Below are positions 12,901 through 25,817 of a stretch of 64,000 nt of DNA, piece after piece (positions within the stretch are counted from its first letter, which is position 1; every line of letters starts with the position of its first letter). The position numbers were made by a program, and so were the translations under genes. The stretch lies in contig NC_058373.1 of the NCBI RefSeq assembly GCF_018350175.1, positions 71,734,001 to 71,798,000 of the forward strand, in the 5' to 3' direction. The notes beneath the pieces were generated by a model. The model did not search any database. It was not told the origin of the DNA and saw only the letters and a program-made list of their open reading frames with translations. Source of the stretch: Felis catus. Taxonomy: Eukaryota.

Positions 12901-15228
12901 CCTAGATGCACCCTCCCTGTGCCCCTAGAGGAAGGCCACCTGGAATGGGATAGTTGGGTGGCCGAGGGGTTCCTAAGTTGTCTTAGACAAAAGGAAACCA
13001 GATTGAATTCCTCCCCACCTGCACCCTTCCAGCGCCCCCACCCCCACCCCACCAGGGTTCCCACCCCATCTTCCTTCAGCCTGGTTCCTGAGTTACCATT
13101 TCGGGGGCTGGGCGGCAGGCCAGTTGGGAACAATGGCCAATGGAACTGGAGCTGCCAACCGCAACACCAGCACAAGCTGCCCCCCCCAAGACCCCCAAAT
13201 TGCCCTCCCCCCTCCTGCCTGGGAACCACCCCCCCCACCCCCCTCACCACCCACAACCCCCTCCCATCCAAGGAACATCAATGCCCCTTTCATCCCCACT
13301 TGGCAGGGTCTATTGGAAAGAAGGAGGGGCCAAGAGGGAGGAGGTGACCCAGAGTAGGAGAACTAGTCAGGATCAAACCCCGGGTCTCAACAACCTCATA
13401 TCTAAAGGACCCCCGAACCTTCTCCCAATTTGGAACATCGAAGTTTTCCTCATTTCCCTCCCCCCACCCTCTTCATAACTGTTTCCCTCAGAAACTGGCC
13501 CAGAGGCTGGGCACCCTGGCAGCTTGCCTAGTCCCCTCTCCCCTCTGGACGCCAGTTTAACACTCTCCTGGACAAGGAAAAGCTTGCTGGCCTTAGGATC
13601 ATAGACAGAGCTGTGTAGGGCAGGAGAGAGGTCTTACCAGCCCCCCAGGAGCTGGGGAAGAAAGAATGCCTAGAGCTTCCGCCTGCAGTGTTCTCTGATG
13701 TGTATAAAGTAGTGTTACTTGGAGTGGGGGAGGGAAGGACCTGGAGGTTCCAGCATCTAAATTCGTCTCTGGGTCAGGATGACTCAGGGGGAACCTGATA
13801 AGGGGCCTACGCAGGGGCGTGGGGCGGGCAGGAGGTGGGAAATTTCCACTGGGATCTGTTTGCTTCCGAGGCCTAGGGGTCTCAGCTCCTGCAGGCAGAA
13901 ATGAGGCTGGTTCTGCCCTAAGGTAGGGTTCCCTTTGTCAGGGTAGGTCCCAGCCCAGCCATAAGTCGCCCAACCAGGCTAATCTCTAACTCCCTTCTCT
14001 TGGGCCAGAAGCAGCTTCAAACTGTACCTTCAGTTAAGCAACAGTTTTGCGAGCCTGCTGTGTGCCAGCCACTGTATAGATGCAATTCAAAGAAGTGTGA
14101 AGGGTGGTCATATCTGTTCTAGAAGCATATGATGAAGTAGGTGGGAGAAGGAATAAAGACAGAAAGTTAAGAAAAATGATGTCTATAGAAGATTAATTGT
14201 TTAGACAAAAAATCCTGTGCCAAGTGTTTCCCATTCTTCTCAAGTGGGAGATGAGAGATTTCCATTCCCACTTGATGGTTTTAGTATCCCTTGACGGAGA
14301 CAAACCATGAATTCAACAATACTTTTAAATAAGGTTGTTTTTTTAAGATTTTATTTTTAAGTACCCTCTACACCGAATGTGGGGCTCAAACTACAAAGAA
14401 CTTACAACCCCAACATCAAGAGTCACATGCGTGCTGCACAGACCAAGCCAGTCAGGCTCTGCCGTTTGTACGGAATTCTGATATTTCTAATACCTATGTA
14501 TGTAGTAATATCTACATGTGCAAAGCGTGCTATTTATTCAGTTGACAATATTTTCTGTACATATAAATCCCAGGGTCCCTTGCAATAAATCAGAAATCCT
14601 CTCCCCAGGAGACTGCAGCCCACAGACTAAGAACCATTATTTTGCTATAATTCGGAGGAAAAGGGTTTTTGTTGTTGTTGTTGTTTCCTAGAGTGTACCA
14701 CCCATGAGGATTACAACCACAGGGTATTTGAGTGGGAGAAAGGAACGTTCTATCCAGGAAGAAAAGAGCAAGAGGGAAAGCGTGGGAGAAGAAATACACA
14801 AGTTACTGGGAAGAATTGAATAGTAGCTAGTAGGTGCAAGGTACTTCCCATATATCATCCCACAATACTATAAGGTAAGTTTTATTGTTACACAGTACAG
14901 GTGAGGAACCGCAGCTCAGACATTTCTGAAACAGCAGCTTTAGTGATTTGCCCAAGGCCAACCAACCAGTGCTGTAAATGACAAATCTAGGACTCAAATC
15001 CCTACCCAGATTCATCCCACTCCAAGGCTATTCTCTTTCAACCATGAGGTAGCTAGCCTCTAAAGTCATTATGGCCCCCAGATGAAGAATAATATTGATG
15101 AGAGGTAGGTGATGTTTGATAAAAGCATGGGCCAAGTGTGAAAGTCCTTGACAGTTTTTTTTTTGTCTTGTCACTGAAGATCCTTAGAGCATTCTTGAGC
15201 AGGATTAATGGATAAAAAATAGTTTTGT

Positions 15229-15424
15229 GGGGGCGCCTGGGTGGCTCAATCAGTTAAGAGTCTGACTTCAGCTCAGGTCATGATCTCACAGTTTGTGAGT
15301 TCAAGTCCCATGTCCGGCTCTGTGCTGACAGCTCAGACTCTGGAGCCTGCTTCAGATTCTGTGTGTGTCTCTCTCTCTCTGCCCCTCCCCACCTCTCAAA
15401 AAATGAACATTAAAATAACATTAA
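15229..15424 (+). mobile_element. SINEC
   Basis: Canonical head and CT tract. Confidence 0.9.
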
Positions 15425-15729
15425 AGTTCCTACTGAGGTTGGTGTGTCAAAGCCACTGGGATTCTCCATGTTGGTCACTAATTGGACTTGAGACTAGAAA
15501 GGAGGGCACTGCTGGACTGATGCCAATCTGTTTCCATTAACCCCTTCCCTGGGCTCCTCTCAGCACTGTGGGACAGACCATAAACCAATATGACCAGGAC
15601 CCAGAGGACTGGGTCAGGCTGGGGGGAATGATGAGGGAAGTTTGATCAGCTGGAAAGATCAGAAGGGTGGCAACTTGCTCAATGCAAAGTGGGGAAATGA
15701 AGGACCCCTCTCCCAAGACTCAGGCTGTA

Positions 15730-15900
15730 GCTTCAAGCTGATGTCACATAAACACTGCTGAGGTCATAGAAGCTTCCCTCTCCTCCCCTGTTTCCCCATT
15801 GCTACATAGTCTCCCCAACCAGCTGGTTCCCACATATCTGCACACACTTATAAACAAAGGCTGAGAAGGGGCAGACACCATCCGGCTACTCTCAGGTGCA
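15730..15900 (+). promoter_or_regulatory. Putative TPPP2 core promoter
   Basis: TATAAA at 15849-15854, CRE-like TGATGTCA at 15739-15746 and an X-box-like GTTTCCCCATTGCTAC at 15790-15805, about 300 bp upstream of the ATG. Confidence 0.5.
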
Positions 15901-16164
15901 CAAAAGTGGTGAAGACATAGGTGGTAGTGGTGATTATTCAGTATGTAGGATCCATACTAGTATCCCTGGTGCTGGGAACAGTAGGGGGGATGGAAGCGAT
16001 GGGGGGAAAGGAAAGAGAAGAACAGGGAGGAGGGACTTTGTTCCTGTTGCTGATTCTTATTTTGTTGACTAACACCCATCCTCATTACTCCTCAGTCGTC
16101 CCTTCCCCTCCTCCCTCACCCCCAAGTCTTCCTCCCTGCGGCCCTCCCCCACCTCCAGTTGATC

Positions 16165-17883
16165 ATGGCATCAGAAGCAGGGAAAACGTTCCAGCGGTTT
16201 GCTGTCTTTGGAGAATCATCAAGCAGTGGCACTGAAATGAACAATAAGAACTTCTCCAAGCTATGCAAAGACTGTGGCATCATGGATGGCAAGATAGTCA
16301 CCTCCACTGATGTGGACATCGTATTCAGCAAAGTCAAGTAAGGGGCCAGAGATGGGGGCCAGGCACACAAGGCAGTGGGACCTAGAAAGGTTCATGTGGG
16401 AGGACACAATAATGGGTCTACTGAGCACCTGCTGGGTACCTGGTCCTGTGCTGTTCCCTGTCCCAGGACCCTCAGTGTCAAGAGACCAAATCTCAGTCAG
16501 GGAAGGGTTGGGCCTTGGAAGGTTATGAATTCATGTTCCAGAGTTCCTGGATTTCTGTCTGACTGACCAGAGCCAAGAATGCCCGAACCATCACATTTCA
16601 GCAGTTCCAGGAAGCAATGAAGGAGCTGGGCCAGAAACGATTCAAAGACAAGAAGCCAGATGAAGCTCTGGAGAACATTTATAAACTCATGGAAGGCAAG
16701 GATCCAGCTACCACTGGTGTTACTGTGAGTGACATTCTTCATCCCTAACCCTTGAATCTACTTCTCTAAATCCCTGCTGCTCCTATCTCCCTTCCCACTT
16801 CCAATGTCCCTAACCTCTGTCGTTAGTAATACTGTAGGGAGACAAGGCAGAAAGTCTCTGGGGCACTGTTGGGATTGGAACAGACTTTAGAGATCATCTA
16901 GTAATTTCAGGGATGAAGAGACTGTGGCTGAGGGAAAGGTCCACATCTATTTTAATAATAAAGTTAAGCCTTGTTTCCAAGTGTCCTGTGGGCTCTGGGG
17001 GAACACTGAGTGCAAAGGACTTGGTATCTGATCCCCACTCCTCCTCCCACTCTTGTATAAGATGTAATATCTGCCCTCCTGCCTCCCACCCACTGTCTGT
17101 TCTCTATTTGTCCCCTCTCTGTTTATGTTTATTTAATTTTGAAAGAGAGAGAGAGTATGATAGGGGAGGGGCACAGAGAGAGGGAGATACAGAATCCAAA
17201 GCAGGCTCCAGGCTCTGAGCTCTCAGCACGGAGTCCAATGCAGGGCTCTAACTCACAAACCGTGAGATCATGACCTGAGTCAAAATAGGATGCTTAATGG
17301 ACTGAGCCACCCAGGTGCCCCCTGTCCCCTCTCTATTTAAAGCCCCTTCTATTCTAGGTTTCAAATAGGGCCCTCCCACTTGGAGGGACCTTGCATATTG
17401 GGTCTGGGGTTGAAGTCCTCTGGCTGCCGCCTGGTCAAAATAGCTCCTCTGGAAGCAGAAAACTCCACACACACCCCATTCATTCCCAGACACCAGACTC
17501 CTCCACCTTTGTGAGTGGATGGCTCTTGCCACGTTCCTACCCATGGCTGCATCTGGGCCCTAAAGAAAGCAGCCCCATGCCAACAGTAGAATAGAGCACT
17601 GGGTCCTAGCAGAACCAAAGTCCATCTTTAGAGAAGGGGTGTGACAGCAAAGGGGAAGAGAGAAGGATCAGACCCATCATCCTCTGGCTTGCAGAAGGCA
17701 ACAACGGTGGGTGGAGTGAGCCGGCTGACGGACACCAGCAAGTACACCGGCACCCACAAGGAGCGCTTTGACGAGAGTGGCAAAGGCAAAGGCATCACAG
17801 GACGGGAAGAGATGACCGACAAGTCAGGCTATGTGAGTGGCTACAAGGGTGCTGGCACCTATGATAAGAAGAGCAGCAAATGA
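16165..17883 (+). CDS. TPPP2: Tubulin polymerization-promoting protein family member 2 (p25-beta), 171 aa
   Basis: Exons 16165-16337 ([37 protein letters not shown]...), 16571-16724 and 17695-17883 ([28 protein letters not shown]...[15 protein letters not shown]), 516 bp in total. p25-alpha domain motifs are present. Confidence 0.97.
17123..17321 (-). mobile_element. SINEC in a TPPP2 intron
   Basis: Reverse orientation, ending ...GAGCCACCCAGGTGCCCC. Confidence 0.9.
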
Positions 17884-17957
17884 GAAGTAGCCTCAACAAC
17901 TAGGGTCAGTTAGTCCTCGACCCAGCATCTTACACACCACAGAGGAGCGTAGGGAAC

Positions 17958-17963
17958 AATAAA
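17958..17963 (+). terminator. TPPP2: TPPP2 polyadenylation signal
   Basis: AATAAA 75 nt after the TGA stop. Confidence 0.75.
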
Positions 17964-18499
17964 CATCTGTGTGTGCATCAGCCAATGAGCTCTGTCTTTC
18001 CTTCAGAGAGAGGGATAGATAGACCCACTGGTGCAGAGAGAGAGAAGAGAAGACCCCAGGAGTCAGGGTTTTGAGTTCTGCACCCTTTCTCTAGTTAACC
18101 TCATGCCTCCCAGCCCTAGGTTAGCATTCCCCTCTACAACTGCGTCTAAGAACAGAGCTGAGGAATATATTTGGGGATAAGAGATAAACCAGATGTGGAG
18201 GCAAAAGCATTTGCTCCTTGCACTCATACATTTCTGGTATCCACCCTTCTTATCTCCCAAAGGGAAGTGGCAATTCCCGATTGGACCTAGTATGACCCAG
18301 ACACCACTTGTTAGACCCCTCCCTGTCCCTCCACCTCCCTCCCCTGTTGTAGCCCAGGTGGTGTTGGAGACATGGAACAGAAAATCCTACTGACTGCTAA
18401 GGGTAGCCCAGGAAGATGGCCAGAGGTGAGTGCCTCCAGGACTCCCAGAGCAGGAGTGCCTGTGTGCCGAAGAAAAAGGAATGAAATCAGAATGGCTTC

Positions 18500-18625
18500 A
18501 GATATATTTTTATATTTTTATTTTGGAATGATTTTAGATTCATAGGAAGATTACAAAAATAGTACAGAGGGGTCCAACATACCCTTCACCCAGTTTCATC
18601 CAGTGGTTGTATCTTCTATAACTCA
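18500..18625 (-). mobile_element. Old L1 (L1MB-like) 3'-end fragment
   Basis: TTTTATTTTGGAATGATTTTAGATTCATAGGAAGATTACAAAAATAGTACAGAG...CCCTTCACCCAGTTT resembles an L1M 3' end. Confidence 0.6.
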
Positions 18626-19519
18626 AGGTGTGGTTTTAAAACCTTCTGTGACCACAGCGAGGCTCACCTCACACCTGTCTTGTCAGTGGCAGACCCTGTA
18701 ACCGGAGGTGGGGGCGGGTTGTCAGGAAGAGCTTTGGGAAGGAAAGGGATGCAGTCATCTTGGGGGTAACAGGTCAGAGAAGATCATTTGAAACTCCAGT
18801 GAGCCACAGTGAGAAGAATGGAAGGAAAAGAAGTCAGAGAGAGGAATACAGGGAGACTAAAGGAGGGGAGTGTAGGGGAGAAACTACCCTGGGCTCTGTG
18901 GTAGAAGGAGAGAAGAAAGAACAGGTTACATGGAGAGAAGAGCAATGATTTCATAGAGAGGAACAGACTGGGGACTGAGGGGCATTCTGGAGAAGTGAGG
19001 CTAGAAAGACTCTAAGGGTCTTGGGGAGGACCTCTAGCTAGAGGTACCTACCATGTAGGTGAGTGAGTGGAGAGAATCATAAGGGAGATGGGGACAGCTG
19101 AGGAGAGAAGGGTAGTGGGGATGGGGAGTTGAGACATGGAGCTGGGTGCCTGTTGTCATGGTGTGAGCTGAGGCTCTGGGCCTCCATCCAGGATTCAGGA
19201 TCTGGCCCAGTGGAAGGACAGTCCCTGCCAACTGGACACAGTCAGCTTCTTGGGTGGGTAAGGCTGTCTGTGGGAGAAGGAAGATGATGGGGGAAGAGAG
19301 GAGGTAAACAAGTTGGAAAGGGTCTACAAGGCAGTATGAATTTGCATGGTGACTGAAGCTCTGGACATTTGTCCTACTTCCCTGGTCTCTTGGGAGGGGG
19401 CCCTGCCTGCCTTTGAAGTCAGGGAGGAAGCCTTGTATCAGAAATCAGAGGTTTGGGAATGGGAACAGGCTGGTGTATGGTGGCAGTAGGGGGTAGTTCA
19501 AATCGAAAGCCTCCCTTTC

Positions 19520-19984
19520 CTAGTAGACACCAATGATATCTATCGGTTCCGCATCACGCTTTCCGGAACAGAGCAGGTAGAGCCTTTGGTTGGTTAGGGT
19601 GCTGTTGTAGTAGCAGCTGGTGGGCGGCTGATTAGGGGCCAGAGAACAGATCGTGATGGGGAAGGAGTCCTCTGTGAATGTACAGTATTCGTTGTAATTC
19701 TCACAGAAACTCTCACTGTACTTGCAGAACTTCTGGACTTCTCTCCAGGGGGCATGCACCATATAATGGATTTGCGGGCAATACCAGCTCTTCTGGTTTC
19801 TGCCCCGTACATAGGCCATGAGACCATTACAGTAGCCCTGGAAACCCTTTGGGTAGTGCACCCTGGGATAATCGACGTGTAGCATGTGGAAGTCCTTGAT
19901 GGCAATCTGCATCTCGATGTCCACAACCAGAGCTGGCCCGAAAGCAAGCTGGAGAAACACAAGCCGGGCCACAGCTACTGCCAT
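19520..19984 (-). CDS. RNASE13: Probable inactive ribonuclease-like protein 13, 154 aa
   Basis: Single-exon ORF with a signal peptide and 8 Cys in RNase A spacing. CKxxNTF is replaced by CPQIHYM and the C-terminal catalytic His is absent. Acceptor CAG| lies just before the ATG; a candidate non-coding exon 1 donor (CT|GTAAGT) is at 20251. Syntenic position between TPPP2 and RNASE7. Confidence 0.95.
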   Translation of the reverse strand: MAVAVARLVFLQLAFGPALVVDIEMQIAIKDFHMLHVDYPRVHYPKGFQGYCNGLMAYVRGRNQKSWYCPQIHYMVHAPWREVQKFCKYSESFCENYNEYCTFTEDSFPITICSLAPNQPPTSCYYNSTLTNQRLYLLCSGKRDAEPIDIIGVY

Positions 19985-21507
19985 TCCTCCTGCCGGTAGA
20001 GTTAAGGTGGTTGGAGGCAGAGGTGGGCCTAGAGTGGCTGTCTGCCCCTTCCCACAGTCTCCAGCGTCCCCGCAGCCTTCCCCTATACCCTAAGAGCTGT
20101 ACTGTATTTCAAATATCACCTAGCCCAAGTTCTCATGCCCCAGAGAGAGGAGACACTTGCTGGTTGTCCACCTTATATTAGCCATTCCCCCCACTCCCTT
20201 GGTCCACCTCAGGGTCTCAGCCTCAGCCGGTCCATGAGCTGTAACACTTACAGAAGAAGAGGTCCAACTGGTCCTTGGGCGAGTGACTCTTCCCAATCAT
20301 CCCTGGCTCTGGTCAACCTTTCTGGTAAAAAAATTCAAAGGGGACTGAAGGAACAGGCTGAAGCACAATTCTCTGACTGCTCTGGAGAAAGGGCAGGAGC
20401 TGGAAGACCAGTGGGACAAGAGTAGGAATTCTTGCCTGGAGCCAAAGACAGCCCAAAGGTGAGAAGAGACCAGAAATTTCTAGATAAAGACCAGTCTGGG
20501 AGGAGGTCACGTCCCCTGAGTTTGAAGAGCCCCTGGACTGAGGGGGTTGGGTGGGTGGGAGGATAGGGACATTGCTGTCTGGTCCCCTCCTTTCTGCTGT
20601 CATCGGAACACTTAGTTCCAGCTCCCTGCCAAAAGGCCCTACGTTCTTGGGCTTTCTTTGATGTTTTCTCTGGTCCATAGATCCCTCTTTGCGGAAAGGT
20701 AAGGAGGAAAACACTGTTGTGTTTCTGAGGAACAAGGTGCTGCTTGTTCCTAACCCTCAGAGAACAGAGGGTCTGCCACTCATCCCACTCACCGTGGCCC
20801 AGGAGGCCACACATGCACTCAAGGGCCTCCCTCTAGAGTGCTGGGTTGAGAATCAGAGACCTCGTTGTGGACTCCCCACAGTCCCCATCATCACCTTCCC
20901 ACCAGTCACAATCACACTGTCACACCAACTCCCTCACCTATAACTTCAGGCCCTGTCAGAGTCAGAGCACTCCTGGAAACTGAAGCACACTGACCCTGAA
21001 GCCTCAGGCTTGTCAAGTTGGGTTACACAGGTTGAGTTGTACTTGAGGAAGTATGGGCCATCTGAGTCCAGAGAATCAGACTCTCAATATAGTTTGTCAT
21101 GCTGGGAAAGGGCAGGACTCCTCTTTTCGTCAATACCTGCCCCTTCATCAGAACTAAAGAGTTAGCCCTCTAGAGTCTGCCAGCCACTGTCCTTGACTTC
21201 CACATGCCTCTCAGCCTTGCCTCCCTGTAGGATGTTGTCTGGGTTGTGGGCCTCCTAGTAGGAAGAATGGGATGGAGGAGTCAGAACACAGACCCCTGAG
21301 TGTTCCAAGGCCAATGGGTAATTTGGGGGTGGTGCAGAGTACTGGAGGTATCAGAGTACTGGCATTGTTTGTTCATGTTCCCCCTAGCCTTGCTCTTCCT
21401 GGAAGCATGAACTGAAGTCCAAAACTGAACTTGCTTCTCCTCCTGTATTGTCTGTCTCTGTTTCCTCTGTTACAGGTGATCCTAGACCCCTCATTCTCCC
21501 TGACCCC

Positions 21508-21760
21508 ACCTGTGGTTGCAAGGTGGGTAAGAGCAAGGCTTTTGAGTAAAACAGACCAGAAATCCTGGCTGAATCCTTGCTTTGCTGCTTACAGGCTATG
21601 TATCTCCAATCTAAGTTTGCTAAAACACTATCAGCTTCAATTTTTCATCTACTAATAGGGGTAATACTTTATATACCTCACGGCAGTATTAGAATTCATT
21701 AAGATGTATATCAAGAGCTTGTAGCTCAGTGCCTGGCACATGGTGAGTACTTAATATGAG
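21508..21760 (+). mobile_element. MIR
   Basis: Degenerate MIR core, e.g. ...GTGCCTGGCACATGGTGAGTACTTAATA. Confidence 0.65.
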
Positions 21761-23283
21761 CATAAGTCCATCAGTCCCACAGTCCTGACAGTCTTATCTA
21801 AGACTAAGAACGTGTCCCTTCCATCCCTATCTCTGCCCCTCCTCAGGCTCCCCCCTTTCCTGGACACCACATGCTCTCCATCTCCAGTAAGGCTCTGCGT
21901 CTCATAGGACAGACAGAAGGCTCTCCATGACCTGACCCCTGCCATGTCTCCAACTGCATACCCATCCCCATCTGTTTCCCCCTTTGTGTCACCCTCCACC
22001 TCCTTGTCCTTGTTCATGCCGCCTCCTTTACCCCTGATACTGTTCCTCTCCTCCTCCCACTCTTGCCGCCATCACCTCCACTGAGCTAGCTCACGTGAAG
22101 ACTCAACCCAGAGATCCTGTTTAAGAAGCCTCTGCTTGGAAGACCTCCCCAGGGAAGTGTGCACAGCCAAGCGAGTGAAGGAAAAGCCTACACGGGCAGG
22201 TGACTCGCCTGTATCCTTCAGTCTGGGTCTACAAGCCAGCACCAAGTGGGAGCCATGCAGGGTGGCTCCTGAGACTAGCTGACTCATATCTTTGTTGTGA
22301 GGAAGTCTGCTGCTGTGGTCCCCACCTCAAAGCATGCCTCCTCTTCCCTATTTGCTCAAGGCTGCAGCTTCCCTGAGAAGAGGAAAGGGCTTGTCATGGC
22401 CCTTGGTCGTCTTCTTCCTTCATTCATTACCCACCTATCACCACTCAGCTCTGCACACACAGTTACAGAAATGGAATAGCACATTGTAGAGGAGAGACTT
22501 CGGTACCTGATATAGATAACCTACGGAATTTCTACCTCCTCATCTATAAAATGAGACTAATACCTTTCTTGCCTCATAAGACTACAAGAATAAAGTGAGA
22601 TGGTCATCATGAACATGACTTTCAACCATTACACAGTGTATAAACAATTATAACTGGATATTATCTCCTAGGTTCTACACCGACTCACTTTTTCCCCAAC
22701 TCCATATTGGCAAAGCCCCTTATATTCCCCAAATGATCCAAGTGACCTCCCCCCATCCCCGCTCTGCCAGTGTAGAGCCCCCTCTGACACCTGACTTAAG
22801 CTTCATCTTCATGAAGCTTTCTATTATTAGTCAGGCCCTGTGTGGATTACCTTAAGATTTTTTGAACTTAGTTTTTAGTTGTTACATACCCTCTGAAAAG
22901 CAGTATGACAAACGTTGGGGCAATACAAAGGTAAATAAAACAGCTCCAGCCCAGATTACATTTATAATGCAGCAGGAAAGACACACATATAAGCATATGT
23001 TACAAAGGCCTCGGAAAGGGGGTGAATGTATGATGGACCTTCAGGTTCCAGACTGTAGTTCTAGAGGCCCGGTCTTTAAAATCCTGTCCTCGAGGTCCTG
23101 ATCCATAGCCCTGCTGCTTCCACGCTGACATCCTTGTCATGGTTTCATCTGCTCCCTCAGCCTGAGATTTGTGGAATTCATTGCCTCAGTACTCCAGGCT
23201 TTACATACACGAGAATTCCCCTAGAGATGAAGAAACTAAGTTTGAGAGAGAAAGAGGAGTTTGCTCAAGGTCTTATGTCCAAT

Positions 23284-23482
23284 TTAGTAGTTCTCAACGA
23301 GGGGAAGGCAATTTGGTCATTTCTGGGGACATGTCTGATCGTCACAACCGGAAGGGGCTACTGGCATCTAGTGGGTAAGAGGCCAGGGGATGCCTCTAAA
23401 CATCCGCAGTTGCACAAGACAGCTCCCACAACAAAGAATTATCAAGATCAAAATGTAAATAGTGCTGAGGTTGAGAAACCCT
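23284..23482. mobile_element. MER20-like hAT DNA transposon
   Basis: GCTACTGGCATCTAGTGGGTAAGAGGCCAGGGGATG...AAATAGTGCTGAGGTTGAGAAACCCT. Confidence 0.8.
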
Positions 23483-23486
23483 TGTC

Positions 23487-23850
23487 TGGGGCACCTGGCT
23501 GGTTCAGTCAGAAGAGCATGTGACTCTTGATCTTGGGGTCCTGAGTTCAAGACCCACGTTGGGTGTAAAGATTACTTTCAAAAAATAAACTTAAAAAAAT
23601 AGAAAAGAGGGGCGCCTGGGTGGCGCAGTCGGTTAAGCGTCCGATTTCAGCCAGGTCACGATCTCGCGGTCCGTGAGTTCGAGCCCCGCGTCAGGCTCTG
23701 GGCTGATGGCTCAGAGCCTGGAGCCTGTTTCTGATTCTGTGTCTCCCTCTCTCTCTCTGCCCCTCCCCCGTTCATGCTCTGTCTCTCTCTCTCCCAAAAA
23801 AAAAATAAATAAACGTTGAAAAAAAATTAAAAAAAAAATAGAAAAGAAAA
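23487..23850 (+). mobile_element. Two nested SINECs (young SINEC_Fc at about 23608-23840 in the tail of an older one)
   Basis: Two SINE heads; TSD AAAAAAATAGAAAAGA around the inner copy. Confidence 0.9.
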
Positions 23851-24664
23851 CCCTGGTCCAATGAGTGAATCCGATTTTCTAACAATGGCAGAATTACTTA
23901 TACCTCATATATTGAAAAGGGTCAGTAAATAGGCAGACCTTGGAAATGTTTTTGTTAGATTTTGCTTTCAGTGGTGCTGGGTTTTTCTGCCAGCAAAAGG
24001 GGCACTGAGAGTTCACCGTTGAAATAACTTTGAGTCATTTTTCCTGTCAAGGTGACTCTCTGCCTGTAGTCTTCTACACGTTCTCTCCTACCTCCTCTCC
24101 TTAGTGGTAAGCATTTCTAGAACAGCTGGCTAGAGTGGCAGGTGCAACGGTGATTCCCTGGGATGAGAGGAACCCCAAGATTCTGCCCAAAGTGAGCTCA
24201 CCACAATCAGTAATGTCACTGTTTGCCCTGTCCACCCAAATTCCTCCAACAAGCAGACCAGGTCATGGGCGCTTCCTGGGTTGTCTTTGAACCCAAAGGG
24301 ATCACTTCATGCATCTCAACCTTCTTGTCATTACTTCACCTCAGCCCCAGGGTTGAAGTCCAGGAGCTGCCTTGTCAGTTCCTCCATCTGCCAACCAATG
24401 CTACAGGTTGCTGGGGGTCCCACGCATGACTGGGGTCATCCAGGGGCCGAATGAATGCCTTCTAACCCAGAGATCAAATCAGTTAAGATCACTTATATGC
24501 AAGGCACTAAGCTACACCCTGTGAGAAGTACAAAAGAAGTATAACAGATGGTCCTTGTCTTCTGGAGATTGATAGTCTAAACTGGAGGAAAATGATAAAT
24601 GTGAAGAAATAACCAATGATTTAAGGCAGAAAAGTACACATCTCGAAGACAGTAACTGTAGGAA

Positions 24665-24867
24665 TTTATTTTTAAATGTTTACTTATTTTTTGAGAGAGT
24701 GGGGCGGACGGGGAGTGGGGGGCAGAGAGAGATGGAGACAGAGGACCCGAAGCAGTCCCCATACTGTCAACGCAGAGCCTGATGCGGGGCTCAAACTCAT
24801 GACACTGTGAGCCCGTGACCTGACCCCAAGTAGGAAGCTCAACTGACTGAGCCGCCCAGGTGCCCCT
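24665..24867 (-). mobile_element. SINEC within an L2-like remnant
   Basis: Reverse SINEC with TSD TAACTGTAGGAATTTA. Confidence 0.9.
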
Positions 24868-25740
24868 AACTGTAGGAATTTAGAGGTGAGAAAGATCCCT
24901 CTGAATTGGGAAGATCAGAGCAAATTTTCTGTGTGAGAGGAGGGTCATCCTGGGACCTTGGGATGCATCTCAAGGAACAGTCAATAATTAAACCGAGATA
25001 AAGAAGATTATGAAAGGTATGTTTAAGAAAATAGACAAAACCAGCTTGGCTAGAATTGAGGCTCTCGGTGGAAGAGAAGTCAGAGACAAAGTTCGAAAGA
25101 TGGGTTTGCCAAATTGTGGCAGGCCTTGAATATCAGGCTGCAGAATTTGAATCTTATTCTGCAGATAAAGGGAGAACTGCCAGTGGCTCCCGAGATAGAG
25201 TGACCTAATGAGGCCTCTCAACCCCGGAGCAGGTCTCCCTCTCCTACATCCCAGCTTGTCTAAAAGCATTGGTTTGGGAGCTATAAAGATTCCAACCTCT
25301 GTCAGTACCGTGCCGCCTCCAGATCCACAGCTGTTCCAGGAAAGGTCATGAGAATTCAAAGACCCAAAGCAAGTCCCACATCTGACCCTAACTTACTGTT
25401 CGTTTCACTTTCCCTGTCTACAGAAATGAGCCCATTACCTTTATTTATCCTATAGGAGCAACAAAATTAGGGTAACAGAACTTGGATCTGCTCCTGTTTG
25501 TAGGGAAACTCTCACGGGCTTTCCATCGGTATCCAGAAGCTGTGTGGAACTCCGGAAGGGGGAGAGGCCGGGCTCTGAAGGGTGGGCACCAATCCAGGCC
25601 CGGCCCTCCTCCCAGCCAGCTCCCCTCACCCCCTCTCAGCCAGGCGAGAGGAAGTGGCAGCTGTTGTCCTGTGGGGAAGACAGGCAGAGGTCCACCTGGC
25701 ACTGCTGGGATTTTCACAGCACCCGCCCCAGTGACTTTAA

Positions 25741-25767
25741 ACACACACACACACACACACTCACACA

Positions 25768-25815
<48 letters not shown>
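25741..25815. repeat. (CA)n microsatellite
   Basis: About 37 AC units with 2 interruptions. Confidence 0.97.

Positions 25816-25817
<2 letters not shown>

Noticed and set aside
11214-13478. ORFs in the NDRG2 CpG island
   Set aside because: Same GC-content artefact.
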